A stretch of DNA of 64,000 nt. Origin: Felis catus. Taxonomy: Eukaryota. Under the pieces are notes generated by a model. The model ran no database searches. It worked only from the letters and a program-made list of their open reading frames with translations, and was not told the origin of the DNA. The translations under genes were made by a program, and so were the position numbers. Within the stretch, counting starts at the first letter, position 1; each line of letters starts with the position of its first letter. Positions 36,979 to 48,944 of this stretch are shown here, in pieces. The stretch covers positions 17,486,001 through 17,550,000 of the forward strand of contig NC_058368.1 of NCBI RefSeq assembly GCF_018350175.1. The letters are read 5' to 3'.

Positions 36979-38599
36979 CTATATATGTTTGTGTAAATAC
37001 ATATTCACACACACACATATATACATACATACACACTCAAAAACACGCAAACACATGCTTAATTTTTCAAGAGAAAGTTGGGAAGGATAAGCTAGATACA
37101 AATAAAATGATGAGCTATAGAGGGTGGGTTAAAACTCTTTCTGGGATCCAAATCCGAATATTATTCTTTTCCTCGATCCTTCCCTGAACCATGTACTTTA
37201 CAGCTGTGGATCTGTGCCAACTCCAGTGTCTTCCTAAAATTTCAATGCAAGCAATCATTTGCTATTCCTTGGGAGAACAAAAAGTATTTAGGGACTGCCA
37301 TGAGCCAGGGATTCATGAAACTCTATCACCTTTCACAAGTGCTTAATCAAGATCTCAAATACCTTGAGTTGCCTTGTTATTACTGAGGACCTTTTGTTTT
37401 CCTTCTGATAAAGAAGTCTCCAAAATAGATTGTATTTATCTTTTTGCTTTTTTGGGGAGGCGGCGTGATTCCAAAAAGACACCACATATCACAAGAAAAT
37501 GCAAAATTATCAGCTAAAGTTTCATTATTTGATGCCCAATTCACCTGAGGTATCAATCTCTTTATTTCTAATCGATTACAAACCATCCCAAACTTCCCTA
37601 GGCCAGTTACCAAAAGAAAGTACCAGAAGAATCTCTGGTCTTACTGGCATTTTTAAGGGAGTAGAGAGGGAAGAGATTCAAGGTTGGGAGGCCATTAGAA
37701 GGCTAAGAGAATAACATAGCAAATGTTTCTAAGGGCTTGAACTAAGGCCATGGTAGCAGTGAAAAAAGAGAAAAAGATTATGGAGATACCTAGGTCTCTA
37801 GCTCAAGTGGCTAGGTGGATGGTTAAATTCTACTTTGGTATCCCCCTTCACAGAAGGTGACCATCTTGATTTATGAGCAAAATACTAATGCCAGAAAGAA
37901 CCACACAATAATAAAGATGACTTTTCAAAAAAAAAAGGAGAGAGAGAGAGAGAGAGGGAGGGAGGGAAAGAGAAATTATGCACAACTTTGATTTACTGGT
38001 TCTTTAGAAAGTAATTCACGGGTGAAAGAAATTACAGAATGTTCCTTCCATGCTAGGATGAAATATAAAACTTGGCTTTTGTGGCGTGAAGGGGGTGGTG
38101 GGAGTTGGATGAATTCCGAGTTCAGCGGTATCAATTTTGACGTCCAAACACTTGAGAACTCCCTGTTCCAGAGCAACAAAGGAAAATGGGGGTCCTTATA
38201 ACATCATGGCTTCCCTGCACAATTGTTTTGCTTTATTTGGAACCTTCGTTATATATCTAATTTCTTTTCCATGGAAAACACTGATGCTTGGAAAGCAGAG
38301 CAGTGTTGATAGTTTTAGGGAGAAAATTACAGGCTTTCAATCATTGCTTGTCTGTCCTAGGAAGAGCGATGGGCACATCCCACGAGAGGAGGTGTAGGAT
38401 CCACAGGAGCACACAAACACAGCCTCTGCTTTGCAGATTCAAGGTATAGCATAATTCCAGTCAATCAGAAAATGATGTGGCACAAGTTAGAGTCGACCCA
38501 TGCCTTCATCGTGTCTACCCAAAGTGTTCAAGCTGTTTTGTTGTGGTAGATTTTTATTATTTTTTAAAGTATCTGCTGCTTCTACCCAAGGTAGAGGCC

Positions 38600-38940
38600 T
38601 TCCTGTGGCTTCGTTCCCTCTGTGTGGCTCCATGCAAGAGGACTGTGCATTCCTGCCCTAAGCAGGTACAGCTGTATAATGTATTTTGGTCAGTAAAATG
38701 TGAGCGAAGTCATGTGTGTGTTATTTCTAAGCAGAAGTCTCCAGAGCTAGTACAGAGTCCCCATCTCTGTACCCTCCACTGGGAGACCAGTAAATCCAGG
38801 CAAGGGCCTTTCTGACAGACAGGATCCCTGAGTGAAAATACGGAACAGAGCCTCAGCTGCCCCATGATGGTATCTAAGGTGAGCCATAAATGTAGAGGTC
38901 TTTGTTACTGCAGCATAGTTTAGCCTAAGCTGACAAAATC
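38600..38940 (+). mobile_element. Old MaLR LTR (MLT1I/J-like)
   Basis: ttggtcagtaaaatgtgagcgaagtcatgtgtg..tttgttactgcagcatagtttagcctaagctgac. Confidence 0.55.
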
Positions 38941-38954
38941 GCATAGCTTGTTCT

Positions 38955-39422
38955 ATCAGTCAGCTGTGGCTACAATTATGCAAAGAGTTGAAAACCACAA
39001 AATCTCATCGTGGTTGGTACCAAAAAATAAGCATTTATTTCTCACTCTTGTCTGTGGGTTGACTGGGTGCAACTGATCTAGGCGGGCTTAGCTGGGCCTG
39101 GCTTCAGGCTTAGCTTGAGTTCAGATCTGCTCTGGGTATTACTCCTTTAACAGGGCCAGAAGGCTACGCTGGACAGATTCTTTTCACGACAAAAGGAAAG
39201 AGCACAAAAGGAAAATCACCAGCCCATAGGCATATTTTAAAGTCTTTATTCTCATCGCATTCAGAATGTTCCTTTTGCCTAAGCAAGCCCTATAGTTAAA
39301 GGTAACATCAGTGAGACAAGGATCCTGTCTCTTGTAGGATGAGCTGTGAAATCCCATGACTAAGGTGGTAGAGAAAGGCAGGGGTGGGGTGAAGAGTGGA
39401 GAACAATAATGCAATCCACCAG
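38955..39422 (-). mobile_element. Old MaLR LTR (MLT1I/J-like)
   Basis: aagcatttatttctcac..gggcttagctgggc..gaacaataatgcaatccacca. Confidence 0.6.
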
Positions 39423-39538
39423 TGGCTTTGAGATGGCAGATAATTATGCAGCAGCAGATCTGAGTGGGCATCCTGGGTGCTCTGGATGCTTCTAGCAGGA
39501 TCCACACCAGTGCCTCCCTGCCCACTAAATGTGTACAA

Positions 39539-39722
39539 CAAGGGCAGATCCAAATTTTGTGGGACCTAAAACTTCTACATTATGGGGTGTCCTTCTCAAG
39601 TAAAAGAATACAAAATACCATGAGAACTCATTGGTAGCTCCCCATGGGGTCCTCAAAATGGCACATGCACGTGAGGGTCTTTGAAACTTAGGCTTCCTTA
39701 CCTCACATTAAATAGGACCCTT
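39539..39722. mobile_element. hAT-Tip100-type MITE remnant
   Basis: agggcagatccaaattttgtgggacctaaa..aaaagaatacaaaat, resembles recalled Zaphod/MER115 ends. Confidence 0.5.
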
Positions 39723-39879
39723 TTCACAGGCTCACCACCATTATCTTTCTTGAGACCACTAACTTTAATCTCATTTTTATACTTGCTGATTTATGTCAGC
39801 CAGCCTCAAGAACCTGGAAATTTACAGGTCTATTTAAAATTGGCCCTGCCCCCTTTTATTTCCCACTCCTTTCCTGCCT

Positions 39880-40085
39880 TCCTTTTCTCCATAGAACTCA
39901 TCATGGCCTCATATACTATATATTTTATGTACTTATTTGTTTATCTATGTCCACCAAAATAGGGACTCCATGAAGTAGGGATTTTTTAAATCAATTTTGA
40001 ACATCACTATATTCTTAGTGCTTAGAACAGTGCCTGGCACTTGGTGGGTTGTTAATAAATATTTATTGAACACATGAATAAAAGA
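39880..40085 (+). mobile_element. L2 3' end
   Basis: gtgcttagaacagtgcctggcac..taataaatatttattgaa. Confidence 0.75.
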
Positions 40086-40565
40086 AGGACTCATGAACTC
40101 TGATATTTGCATTCTAAATCATACTGGGACAGAAAACAGCTTGAAATGTAATGTATATTAACCATATTTACTAAAACGGAGCTGGAAGATACCTTGGAGA
40201 TCACAGACCAACCTTCTTACTTTATAAATCGGGAAACCAGGGCCCAGAGGTTTAAATTACTTGCTTCAGATCACTCGTGGAATCAAAATTCAAACATAGC
40301 AGTTAGGATGTTTTCAACGGGAAGTAACACTAAGCCCAAGTAAAGCAATAATTGCTTTAAATCATAGCATGGTTCTTGCCTTGTTCCATCCTAAGGAATT
40401 TTCCAGCATTAACCCACTTAGTGCTCATGGCAACTCTATAATGAAGGTGTTAATAGCTCATCTTACACATGGGAACACTGAGGGACAGTGCCTTGGAGTA
40501 ACTGCCAAGATGACCGAGTTAGTGAATTACCAAACTGGACTTTAGAGTGGGCAGCCTGCTTTTAA

Positions 40566-40783
40566 TTTTTTTTTTTTTAACATTTATTTATTTTTGAGAC
40601 AGAGAGAGACAGAGCATGAACGGGGGAGGGGCAGAGAGAGAGAGGGAGACACAGAATCGGAAGCAGGCTCCAGGCTCTGAGCCATCAGCCCAGAGCCTGA
40701 TGCGGGGCTCGAACTCACGGACTGCGAGATCGTGACCTGAGCCGAAGTCAGACGCTTAACCGACTGAGCCACCCAGGCGCCCC
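40566..40783 (-). mobile_element. Young SINEC_Fc inserted in a MIR
   Basis: Perfect 17-bp TSD gggcagcctgcttttaa; CpG-rich body. Confidence 0.97.
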
Positions 40784-41460
40784 GGGCAGCCTGCTTTTAA
40801 AGCCCATGGTCTTATCTGACTCAGACTGGCTTATTAGAGAGAGTATATTGGCTTAAGTACGTGATACATCTGATGCGGCTCAGTCTGGTGGTTTAGCTCT
40901 CTCACCAGATTTCCTTTGCTTTCTGCACTCTGTATTCCAGTGTTGGCTTCATCCTAAGACTGGCTTCCCTTGAGTTCCCACAACAGTGGCCAGCAGCAAC
41001 TCACATCATACGTGTTCATCTTTATATCCAGTATGGAGAAAACATTCTGGCAATATTCCTAAAGTTATCTTGTTTCTAGCCTTAACTCACGTGCCCCATC
41101 CCCAAATCCAGTCCTGGCTATTTTGTTACCTTGGCTGATGGACTTCAGGCCCAGACACACATAACACAGATGTTTGTTGGGAAGGGAAAAAGGGGGTTGG
41201 AAAGGCTGTTGTGTGAATTTACCTAAGTTAGTTTGACTGCATGGCAAATGTTGTGCTCTTTGGTAAATATTGGAACCTCATTTAAGAGTCGGAGGGGGCT
41301 ATAATTCGGTCCTCCAATATTGCTTCCAGGTAGAATGCTACAATGACAGCAAGTCTCCAACAAAATCTCATCCAACATATATTTAGCAAGTGGGCACACA
41401 CACACACAAAACTGTCACACTGCCAGGTTGTAGCTCAGGAAAGTTCCAATATTTGTCTCA

Positions 41461-42573
41461 GACCAGTGGCTTCTGTCCTGGCTGCACATTAGAATCACCT
41501 GGGAAACAGAGATGGTTTGGCTCATGCCTCACCATTTAATCAGAATCTTTGGAGAGGGACTCAAATGTCACTGTTTTTATTTTTATTATTATATTTTTTG
41601 TTTGAGTGCAGTTGATACACAACTGCATTACATTAGTTACAGGTGTATTAGTGACAACATTAGTTACATTAGTTTCAGGTGTATTACAGTGATTCAACAA
41701 GTTTATACATTATGCTATTCTTTTTTTTAAAATATAATTTATTGTCAAATTGGCTTCCATATGATACCCAGTGCTCATCCTAACAAGTGCCCTCCTCAAT
41801 GCCCATCACCCACTTTCCCCTCTCCCCCAACCCCCATCAACCCTCAGTTTGTTCTCAGTCTTTAAGAGTCTCTTATGGTTTGCCTCCCTCCCTCTCTGTA
41901 ACTTTTTCCTACCCCTTCCCCTCCTCCCTGATCTTCTGTTGTCTCAGGATCCACATATGAGTGAAAACATATGGTATCTGTCTTTCTCTGCCTGACTTAT
42001 TTCACTTAGCATAACACTCTCCAGTTCCGTCCACGTTGCTACAAAAGGCCAGATTTCCTCCTTTCTCATTGCCACGTAGTACTCCATTGTGTGTTTAAAC
42101 CACAATTTCTTTATCCATTCATCAGTTGATGGACATTTAGGCTCTTTCCGTAATTTGGCTATTGTTGAGAGTGCTGCTATAAACACTGGGGTACAAGTGT
42201 CCCTATGCATCAGCCCTCCTGTATCCCTTGGGTAAATTCCTAGCAGTGCTACTGCTGGGTCATAGGGTAGGTCTATTTTTAATTTTTTGAGGAACCTCCA
42301 TACTGTTTTCCAGAGCAGCTGCACCAGTTTGGTTCCCACCAACAGTGCAAGAGGGTTCCCGTCTCTCCACATCCTCACCAGCATCTATACATTATGCTCT
42401 TCTCATTAGAACTGTAGATACCATCCTCCACCACACGATGTTATTACAATATCATTATGTTCCTTATGCTGTGCCTTTTATTCCCATGACTTGTTAATTC
42501 CATCAACCATCAGTATTTTTAAAAGGTCCCAAGGTAATTCTACTGTGTAGCCAGAGTTAAAAACCACTGCTCT
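41461..42573. mobile_element. MER5-type hAT MITE split by L1 insertions (halves ~41461-41572 and ~42508-42573)
   Basis: Left cagtgg..tggctgcacattagaatcacctggg; right gtatttttaaaaggtcccaaggtaattcta..aaaaccactgctct. Confidence 0.7.
41721..42385 (-). mobile_element. Young 5'-truncated felid-type L1 (ORF2 C-terminus plus 3' UTR)
   Basis: ORF 41944-42384 is the L1 ORF2 C-terminus (VWRFLKKLKIDLPYDPAVALLGIYP..KCPSTDEWIKK..YHMFSLICGS); TSD tatacattatgct(a/c)ttct. Confidence 0.95.
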
Positions 42574-43707
42574 GGGCACTTGCAACTAGTACATGTATGA
42601 AAGTCCCAACAATATTCTGAAGGTAGGACTAGCTAGCCGGACAGAGCAAGCATGGAGCCCTTTAGGCCCCCAAATGGCAGTCTCCAGTGTCTTTATAATC
42701 CCGAACTCTACCAATTTTTTAAAAAATGAAACTTACACATTTAAAAATGATATGTAAATTTTTTTGTCATAAGATTTAGTAATTGCTAAGGACCTAATTT
42801 CTGGGATGTTGAAAATACTTGGCATTTTAAAATAAAATGGTTACATCATTTTTCAAAATGTAGTGTATAGAATCTAAATACCATGAATTTATAACATCAC
42901 CAGCCATTATAAAAAGAACAACTTCTTCAATAGTAAGAAGTTTTATAGTATTCATCTTTCTCTTTGAATTTGTTTTCGTTCTGCTTCCCTTATAGATTTT
43001 CATCTTAATTTATTATATTTTATGCTTGAAAGGGCTTCAGTGATCAACATATCTTAATAAAAATACATGGATACAATTAAATTTTAACTCAAGAATTTTT
43101 TCCTTCCTGGACTAAGCTGTCATTGCAATTACACTAAAATTAATAAAAATATCATAAACATATTGCACATATTTTGTTAGAAAATTATTAAACAGAAGAT
43201 AAAATTTTATTATAATTGTATTTTTTCATAAGATCGTTGGGAATTTAAAACATTTATTTCATATATATCTACATCTATTCATGTATATTTATTAACTAAA
43301 ATGAGACAGGATTGAGGACTGATTTTCTTCCTATTTAGCATTCTAATAGACAAAATTTCAGAGAAAACTAATTCATATAAATGAATGGGAATCAAAGGAG
43401 TTTTGTTATAGGAATGTCATTCAATTCTTTGAACTCCTTCTCAATTATGTGCCAAAAATCACATAGTGATCTATCCTCGAAATTAATTTTGATCGTCTTT
43501 CTCTTTCATCTGACAACTTGATTCCATCCTCTTTCAGTGTTTTGAAAACAATAAATTAGAAACCACCTGACCTGTAAAAGTACTTTATTTACTTGCTCAA
43601 TACCAATTCCAATATGCAGAATTTTTTTTTTATCTGTCATCCACTGTCTTTACATTGCCAGCCTCCATCAAAGAATGTGCTATTATAAAGTGTGCTATGG
43701 CTGAGAG

Positions 43708-43870
43708 CAGGGGGGTATCGTGGGTGCTGGCACAGAGCCCCTAGCTCAGAAGGGTCCCACACTAGGCTTAATGCTCTGCTGTGAATGTCTTGAAAATCTT
43801 AATAATTTTGGAAAAAGTGGCCCCACATTTTCATTTGCACAGGGCTCCACAAATTATGTCCCTGGTCCTG
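43708..43870 (+). mobile_element. MER91A-like hAT MITE
   Basis: gctcagaagggtccc..ttaatgctctgctgt..cttaataatttt..ggccccacattttcattt..caaattatgt..ggtcctg. Confidence 0.75.
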
Positions 43871-45502
43871 GAGGAGAAGTCTGCTTTTCTTTTGTGATAG
43901 AAGAACATTGCAAGAGTGGTGACGGAAAGGAGTGGAGACCTTCAGCAGGCACATTCCCAGGCAAACCCGTTTTAGAAAAGAGTACAAGAGAAACGTAAAG
44001 ATCTGGAGGTAGATTTCCTTAACATCCTTTGGAAAATCTTCTCATACCTCCAAGGGTACACGTGGCCCAGATTGAAGACCACTGCTCCCGTCGTCCAGCA
44101 GGCACGTGGCATGACCACTGGACCTGATGGATTCTACACTTCAACTCCTGAAAGAGACTGTGCAATATTCCCAATCCACATTACCTGATTTGAGCATTAC
44201 TCACTTCCCCATTGACAAGTTATTAGTAATGTCTTATAAGCTACCCCAGTAGACCCCCTCGTGCATATTTTGGTAAGGATATTTTAAAGTGAGTAACCAC
44301 CTCTAAAAGTGGGGCATGAAGTCTTGATTAGAGAACTTCAAAATGCTGTGTAACTATGTTACAGATTGAGATGGATTTGTGCCCAATCATCTCATTGTTT
44401 TTATACTATTTTAAATTGCCACACACACAATATTAGAGCAGCCAACAGATGTCCACTATATCAAGCTCAGGCTTTCTGACTCCAAATGTAATGCTATTTT
44501 TTTTTTTAAATATGCTGTGCTTGTGATCCAGAGAGAATATGGCTCCTTAGGAGAGAGAGCATAAAGGAAGAGGGGCTGTGTCAGAGTCCCAGACGGGACT
44601 ATATAACAGACGTGGGGCGTCTGCCCAGTTCTGAGAAGTTTCTTAATTCACAGCAACCTGGTTTTCATTCCAGGATTTGTATGTTGTTTGTACCATATCA
44701 AAAATAGGTTATTTATTTGATTAATTCTTCTCTAGATAAAAATATCATGTACTAGAGTATTTTTTTTTCTTTGAATACATTTGAACAAATACCTAAAAAC
44801 ATTTTAGGAGAAATGTAGGACATTAGAGACAAAACGAAGCAACTACACTCTCGGCAATAGAAGAGAAAAAGAAGTAATGTCCCTGGTAGTGGTGAGAAAA
44901 AGTGAAACAACTAGGTTACACTGGTTCCCAGTGACAGAAAGAGAATCAAAATGAAAGCTATTGACATTTAAGCAGGAATTGAAATGAATGCCACCTGTAC
45001 GTTCTTGTGCCTAATGCTTACTAAAGACGACCCTACTTGAAATAAGATGAGTTGGGTTTTAATCTTAGATCTACAATTTTATATGTCACTGAACTTCTCG
45101 AAGACATAATTTTTGCTTCTATAAAGTAGTTCTAAATACTACCTTCCTGGTGTCTCTTACGGGAGTGTTGTAAATTCACAGGAGAAAATACTCCACTATT
45201 TTGCTACTAAACATGCAACTCGTAGGAGTTTCTCAAGCTACTAATTCAAAAATATCATATGTAAATACAAATATATATATTAATATATAATTTTATAATT
45301 ATTAAAATAAATTTATATATTTTTTAAGCTCACACTACATATACAGAAAGTTAAATCTAGTTAATTATAAGCAAATACCATCATCCTTTTAAAGATTAAA
45401 TTCAGTCAATAAAAAAAATCCCCTCACCCTTCATCTTCTTTCCAGAATAACATGAAATATCCAAGAAACTTTTTTTTTTTTGGTAACATTGAATCTCAAT
45501 TC

Positions 45503-45700
45503 TTATTTATTTATTTATTTACTTATTTATTCATTTGTTCATTCATTCATTCGTTTGAGAGAGAGAGCTCAGGTGAGCAAGGGGCAAAGAGAAAGGGAGA
45601 GAGAGTGCAAAGCGAGGGGTGGGGCTCAAGCTCACAAACCCTGAGATTGCGACCTCAGCAGAAGTCAGATGCCTAGCCAACTGAGCCACCCAGATGCCCC
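45503..45700 (-). mobile_element. Can-SINE (degenerate)
   Basis: (TTTA)n/(TTCA)n tail; head gagccacccagatgcccc. Confidence 0.85.
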
Positions 45701-46649
45701 TCCAAGAGACTTTTATTTCATTTAAGAATTTTGTTTGGAGTACACATACTGTATTTAAGTGCACTTTGAGTATATGTCTGTGTATGTATATACATGGTTA
45801 AATGATCACTGATAATGTCATTTAACTGCTCAACCAAAGTATAGGACCTTATCTCCCTTTACATCCTATATCTTCCTCCATTTATAATATAGTGTCTTTA
45901 AATATTCCCTCTATATACATTTATAACTGCATCAGACAGTGCTATGACTTTTGCTTAAACAGTCAAACATAGTTTCAAAAATTCAAGAGGAGAAGGAAAG
46001 CCCATTTTATTTACCCATGGTTTTACTTGCCATGTTCTTTCTTCCTTTTTGATGTTCCAAGTTTCTTTCTTTTTGTTTAGGGAACTTCATTAGACATTCT
46101 TTTAGGGCAGGATAGTTCTTTGGTGACAAATTCTCCTAGCTTTCCTTCATCTGAGAATGACTCGATTTCCCCTTCACTCTTGAAAGATATTTTTACTGGA
46201 TACAGGATTCTGGCTGGACAATGTTGTCTTGTTCAACCCTTAAAAAAATGTCACACCCCCTCCTCCTGACCTCTAGGGTTTCATTTGAAAAATCTGCTCT
46301 CATTCTAATTGTTTGACCTATAGATAAGGCATTTCTCTCCTTCTCTCCCTCCCTCCCAAACACTCCCACCTTCTGCTTTCAAAATTTTTTTCTTTGTTCT
46401 TAGTTTTGGGAAGATTGTCTGTGATAGCTCCTGGTATGGCTTTTTTGTTTATCCATTTGAGATTTTCTGACATTCTTCAATCTGTAGGTTTGTGTCTTTT
46501 TCCCAATTCAGGAACTTTTTGGCCATTATTTCTTTGAGTATTTTTTCAGCCCCATCTTCTTCCTCATCTCCTCCAGGAGGGCTGATGACACAAATGTTAA
46601 CTCTTGTATTATAGCTCTATGGGTCCCTGAGGCTTTTTTGTTCTTATTA

Positions 46650-46866
46650 TTTTAAATGTCTATTTATTTATTTTTGAGAGAGAGAGAGAGAGAGACAGAG
46701 CATGAGCAGGGGAGGGGCAGAGAGAGAGGGAGACACAGAATCTGAAGCAGGCTCCAAGCTCCAGCTGTCAGCACAGAGTCCAATGTGGGGCCCGGACCCA
46801 AGAAACGTGAGATCATGACCTGAGCTGAAGTCGGAAGCTCAACCAACTGAGCCACCCAGGTGCCCC
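46650..46866 (-). mobile_element. Can-SINE (SINEC_Fc type)
   Basis: TSD tgttcttatta. Confidence 0.95.
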
Positions 46867-46989
46867 TGTTCTTATTAAAGTCTTACCTTCCCTTTTATTC
46901 AGATTGGATCATTTCTATTTTTTAATTTTTCAATCTTGCTCATTCTTTCCTTTGTCTTCTTCATTGAACAGTTGAACTCATCTACTTTA

Positions 46990-47212
46990 TTTTTTTTGTT
47001 TTTGTTTTTGTGTTTTTGTTTTGAGAGAGAGAGAGAGAGAGAGTATGAGTGAGGGCAAGCTAGGGCAGAGGGAGAGGAAGAAAGAGAATCTTAAGTAGGC
47101 TCGAGGCACAGCTTGGAGCCTGATGTGGGGCTCGATCTCAGGACTGTGAAATCATGACCTGAGCAGAAATCAAGATCCAGGTGCTTAATCTACTGAGTCA
47201 CTCAGGCACCCC
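46990..47212 (-). mobile_element. Can-SINE
   Basis: Older subfamily body. Confidence 0.88.
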
Positions 47213-48067
47213 AAGAATTTTAAATTTTGATTATTTTTCAGTTCTAAAATTTCCATTTGGTCCTTTCTTCTATCTTCTATTGCATGCTTTGCTGAGACTT
47301 TCTGTTGTTTTCATTTCTTTCAATTCTGCTCATAATTGCTAGGATTTTTATGATAGCTGCTTTAAAATCTTTGCCAAACAATTCTAGAATCTCTGTCATC
47401 TAGATACTGGCATCTTTCGATTTTTTTCTCATTCAGTCTGAGGAATATATATTTCATTTCTGGTTCCTTGCTGACAAGTAATTTTCTATGGAAACTTAGA
47501 CAGTTTGAATTTTATGTTGTGAGACTCTGGGTCTTATTTAAAGTTTCTGTTTTTGGTGTTTTTTGCTGACAGCACTCTAGCAGGGGAAGAAGGAGAGGGG
47601 CCATCTGGTTACTGCAAACAGGGATAGAAGTCAAGGTTCCTCACACAGTCTCCATTGACACCAGAAGGACCCCTTGTTACTGCTGGGTGGGGCTGGGAGT
47701 TCTGGCTCCCCACCAGGCTTCCAATGACACTTCCCTGCCTGGAAGTGGTTGAAGCATCTCTTCTTAGGTCCACCAACACCATCGTGTGGCGGGTGGCTCC
47801 CTACCACCGGGTATTGGTAACGTCCTGTTTCCTTGTTCTGTTCTGATACCATCACAGTGGGGCATCTCATTACTGCAGGTGGCGGTGGCAGTCCCAGCCC
47901 ATTACTTGGCCCTTTCTGATGCCATTTGGATGATTGTGTGAAGGGTCTTGGGGACCTCATTACAGCCTGGTGAGGAGGGAAACTCTAGTCTTCCCACTCA
48001 GCTTTTATTGTCATGGGTGAGGGATCTGGCTAGAGTAGAACAATTATTATCTAAAAATGTTCTGTCT

Positions 48068-48293
48068 AGGGGCACGTGGGTGGCTCAGTCGGTTGAGCGT
48101 TGGGACCCTTGATCTCCACTCAGGTCGTGATCTCACGGTTCATGAGTTTGAGCCCCTCAAGGGTCTCTGTGCTGACAGCGTGGAGCCTGCTTGGGATTCT
48201 CTTTCTCTCCTTCTCTCTCTGCCTCTCCCCGCCTTGCTCTCTATCTCTCTCTCTCAAAATAAATAAAAATAAACTTTAAATAAATGCATAAAT
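48068..48293 (+). mobile_element. Can-SINE
   Basis: TSD aaaaat(g/a)ttctgtct. Confidence 0.93.
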
Positions 48294-48397
48294 AAAAATA
48301 TTCTGTCTTATTGATCTTCCCCTTACCTGGTTCTTTGGCTAGAGAGAGCAGGTGTTTATTATTGTCGTTCTTGTTGTTTTGACTGGACCCACTGGCA

Positions 48398-48612
48398 TTT
48401 TTTTTTAAACGTTTATTTATTATTGAGAGACAGAGAGAGACAGAGGATGAGCATGGGAGGGGCAGAAAGAGGAGGAGACACAGAATACAAAGCAGGCTCC
48501 AGGCTCTGTGCTCTCAGCACAGAGCCTGACGCGGGGCTCAAATTCACAAACCACGAGATCATGACCCAAGTTGAAGTTGGACGCTTAACCGACTGGGCCA
48601 CGCAGGCGCCCC
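48398..48612 (-). mobile_element. Can-SINE (SINEC_Fc type)
   Basis: TSD tggcatttttt. Confidence 0.93.
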
Positions 48613-48832
48613 TTGGCATTTTTTTTTTTAAGTTGCTCATTTCTCCAAGCACCCAGTCCGGGATACATGAGGCAGAAGGAAAACCCAAGGAACACACAAC
48701 CATGTCATTTCTCAAGTCTGGAAGTCCCTAATCAGCCTGACTGTTTGTCTCTACGTTTCAGATTCTGCATATGTTTGCTGTGTATAAAACATCCAGGGAT
48801 TTTTGTTGTACATAGTGGAAGGAATGAGAAAA

Positions 48833-48944
48833 AGTATGTCTAACTCATCTTCCTGGACTGTTTATTTTTTATAAATATGGACCTAAATAGTATGACTAAC
48901 TCATCTTCCTGGACTGTTTATTTTTTATAAATATGGACCTAAAT
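48833..48944. repeat. 56-bp tandem duplication (one mismatch)
   Basis: agtatg(t/a)ctaactcatcttcctggactgtttattttttataaatatggacctaaat, two copies. Confidence 0.95.

Larger units (their letters stand above)
45790..48860 (-). mobile_element. Old L1 (L1M4/L1MD-like) 5' UTR and ORF1 region, interrupted by four SINEs
   Basis: Antisense ORF1 motifs (ttgaaagatatttttactggatacaggattctgg; ccattatttctttgagta..; ttctaaaatttccatttgg), GC-richer 5' UTR 47560-48050, end aaagtatgtctaactcatctt. Confidence 0.65.

Noticed and set aside
41944..42384. 146-aa ORF as a host gene
   Set aside because: It is the C-terminal fragment of L1 ORF2 in a truncated insertion.
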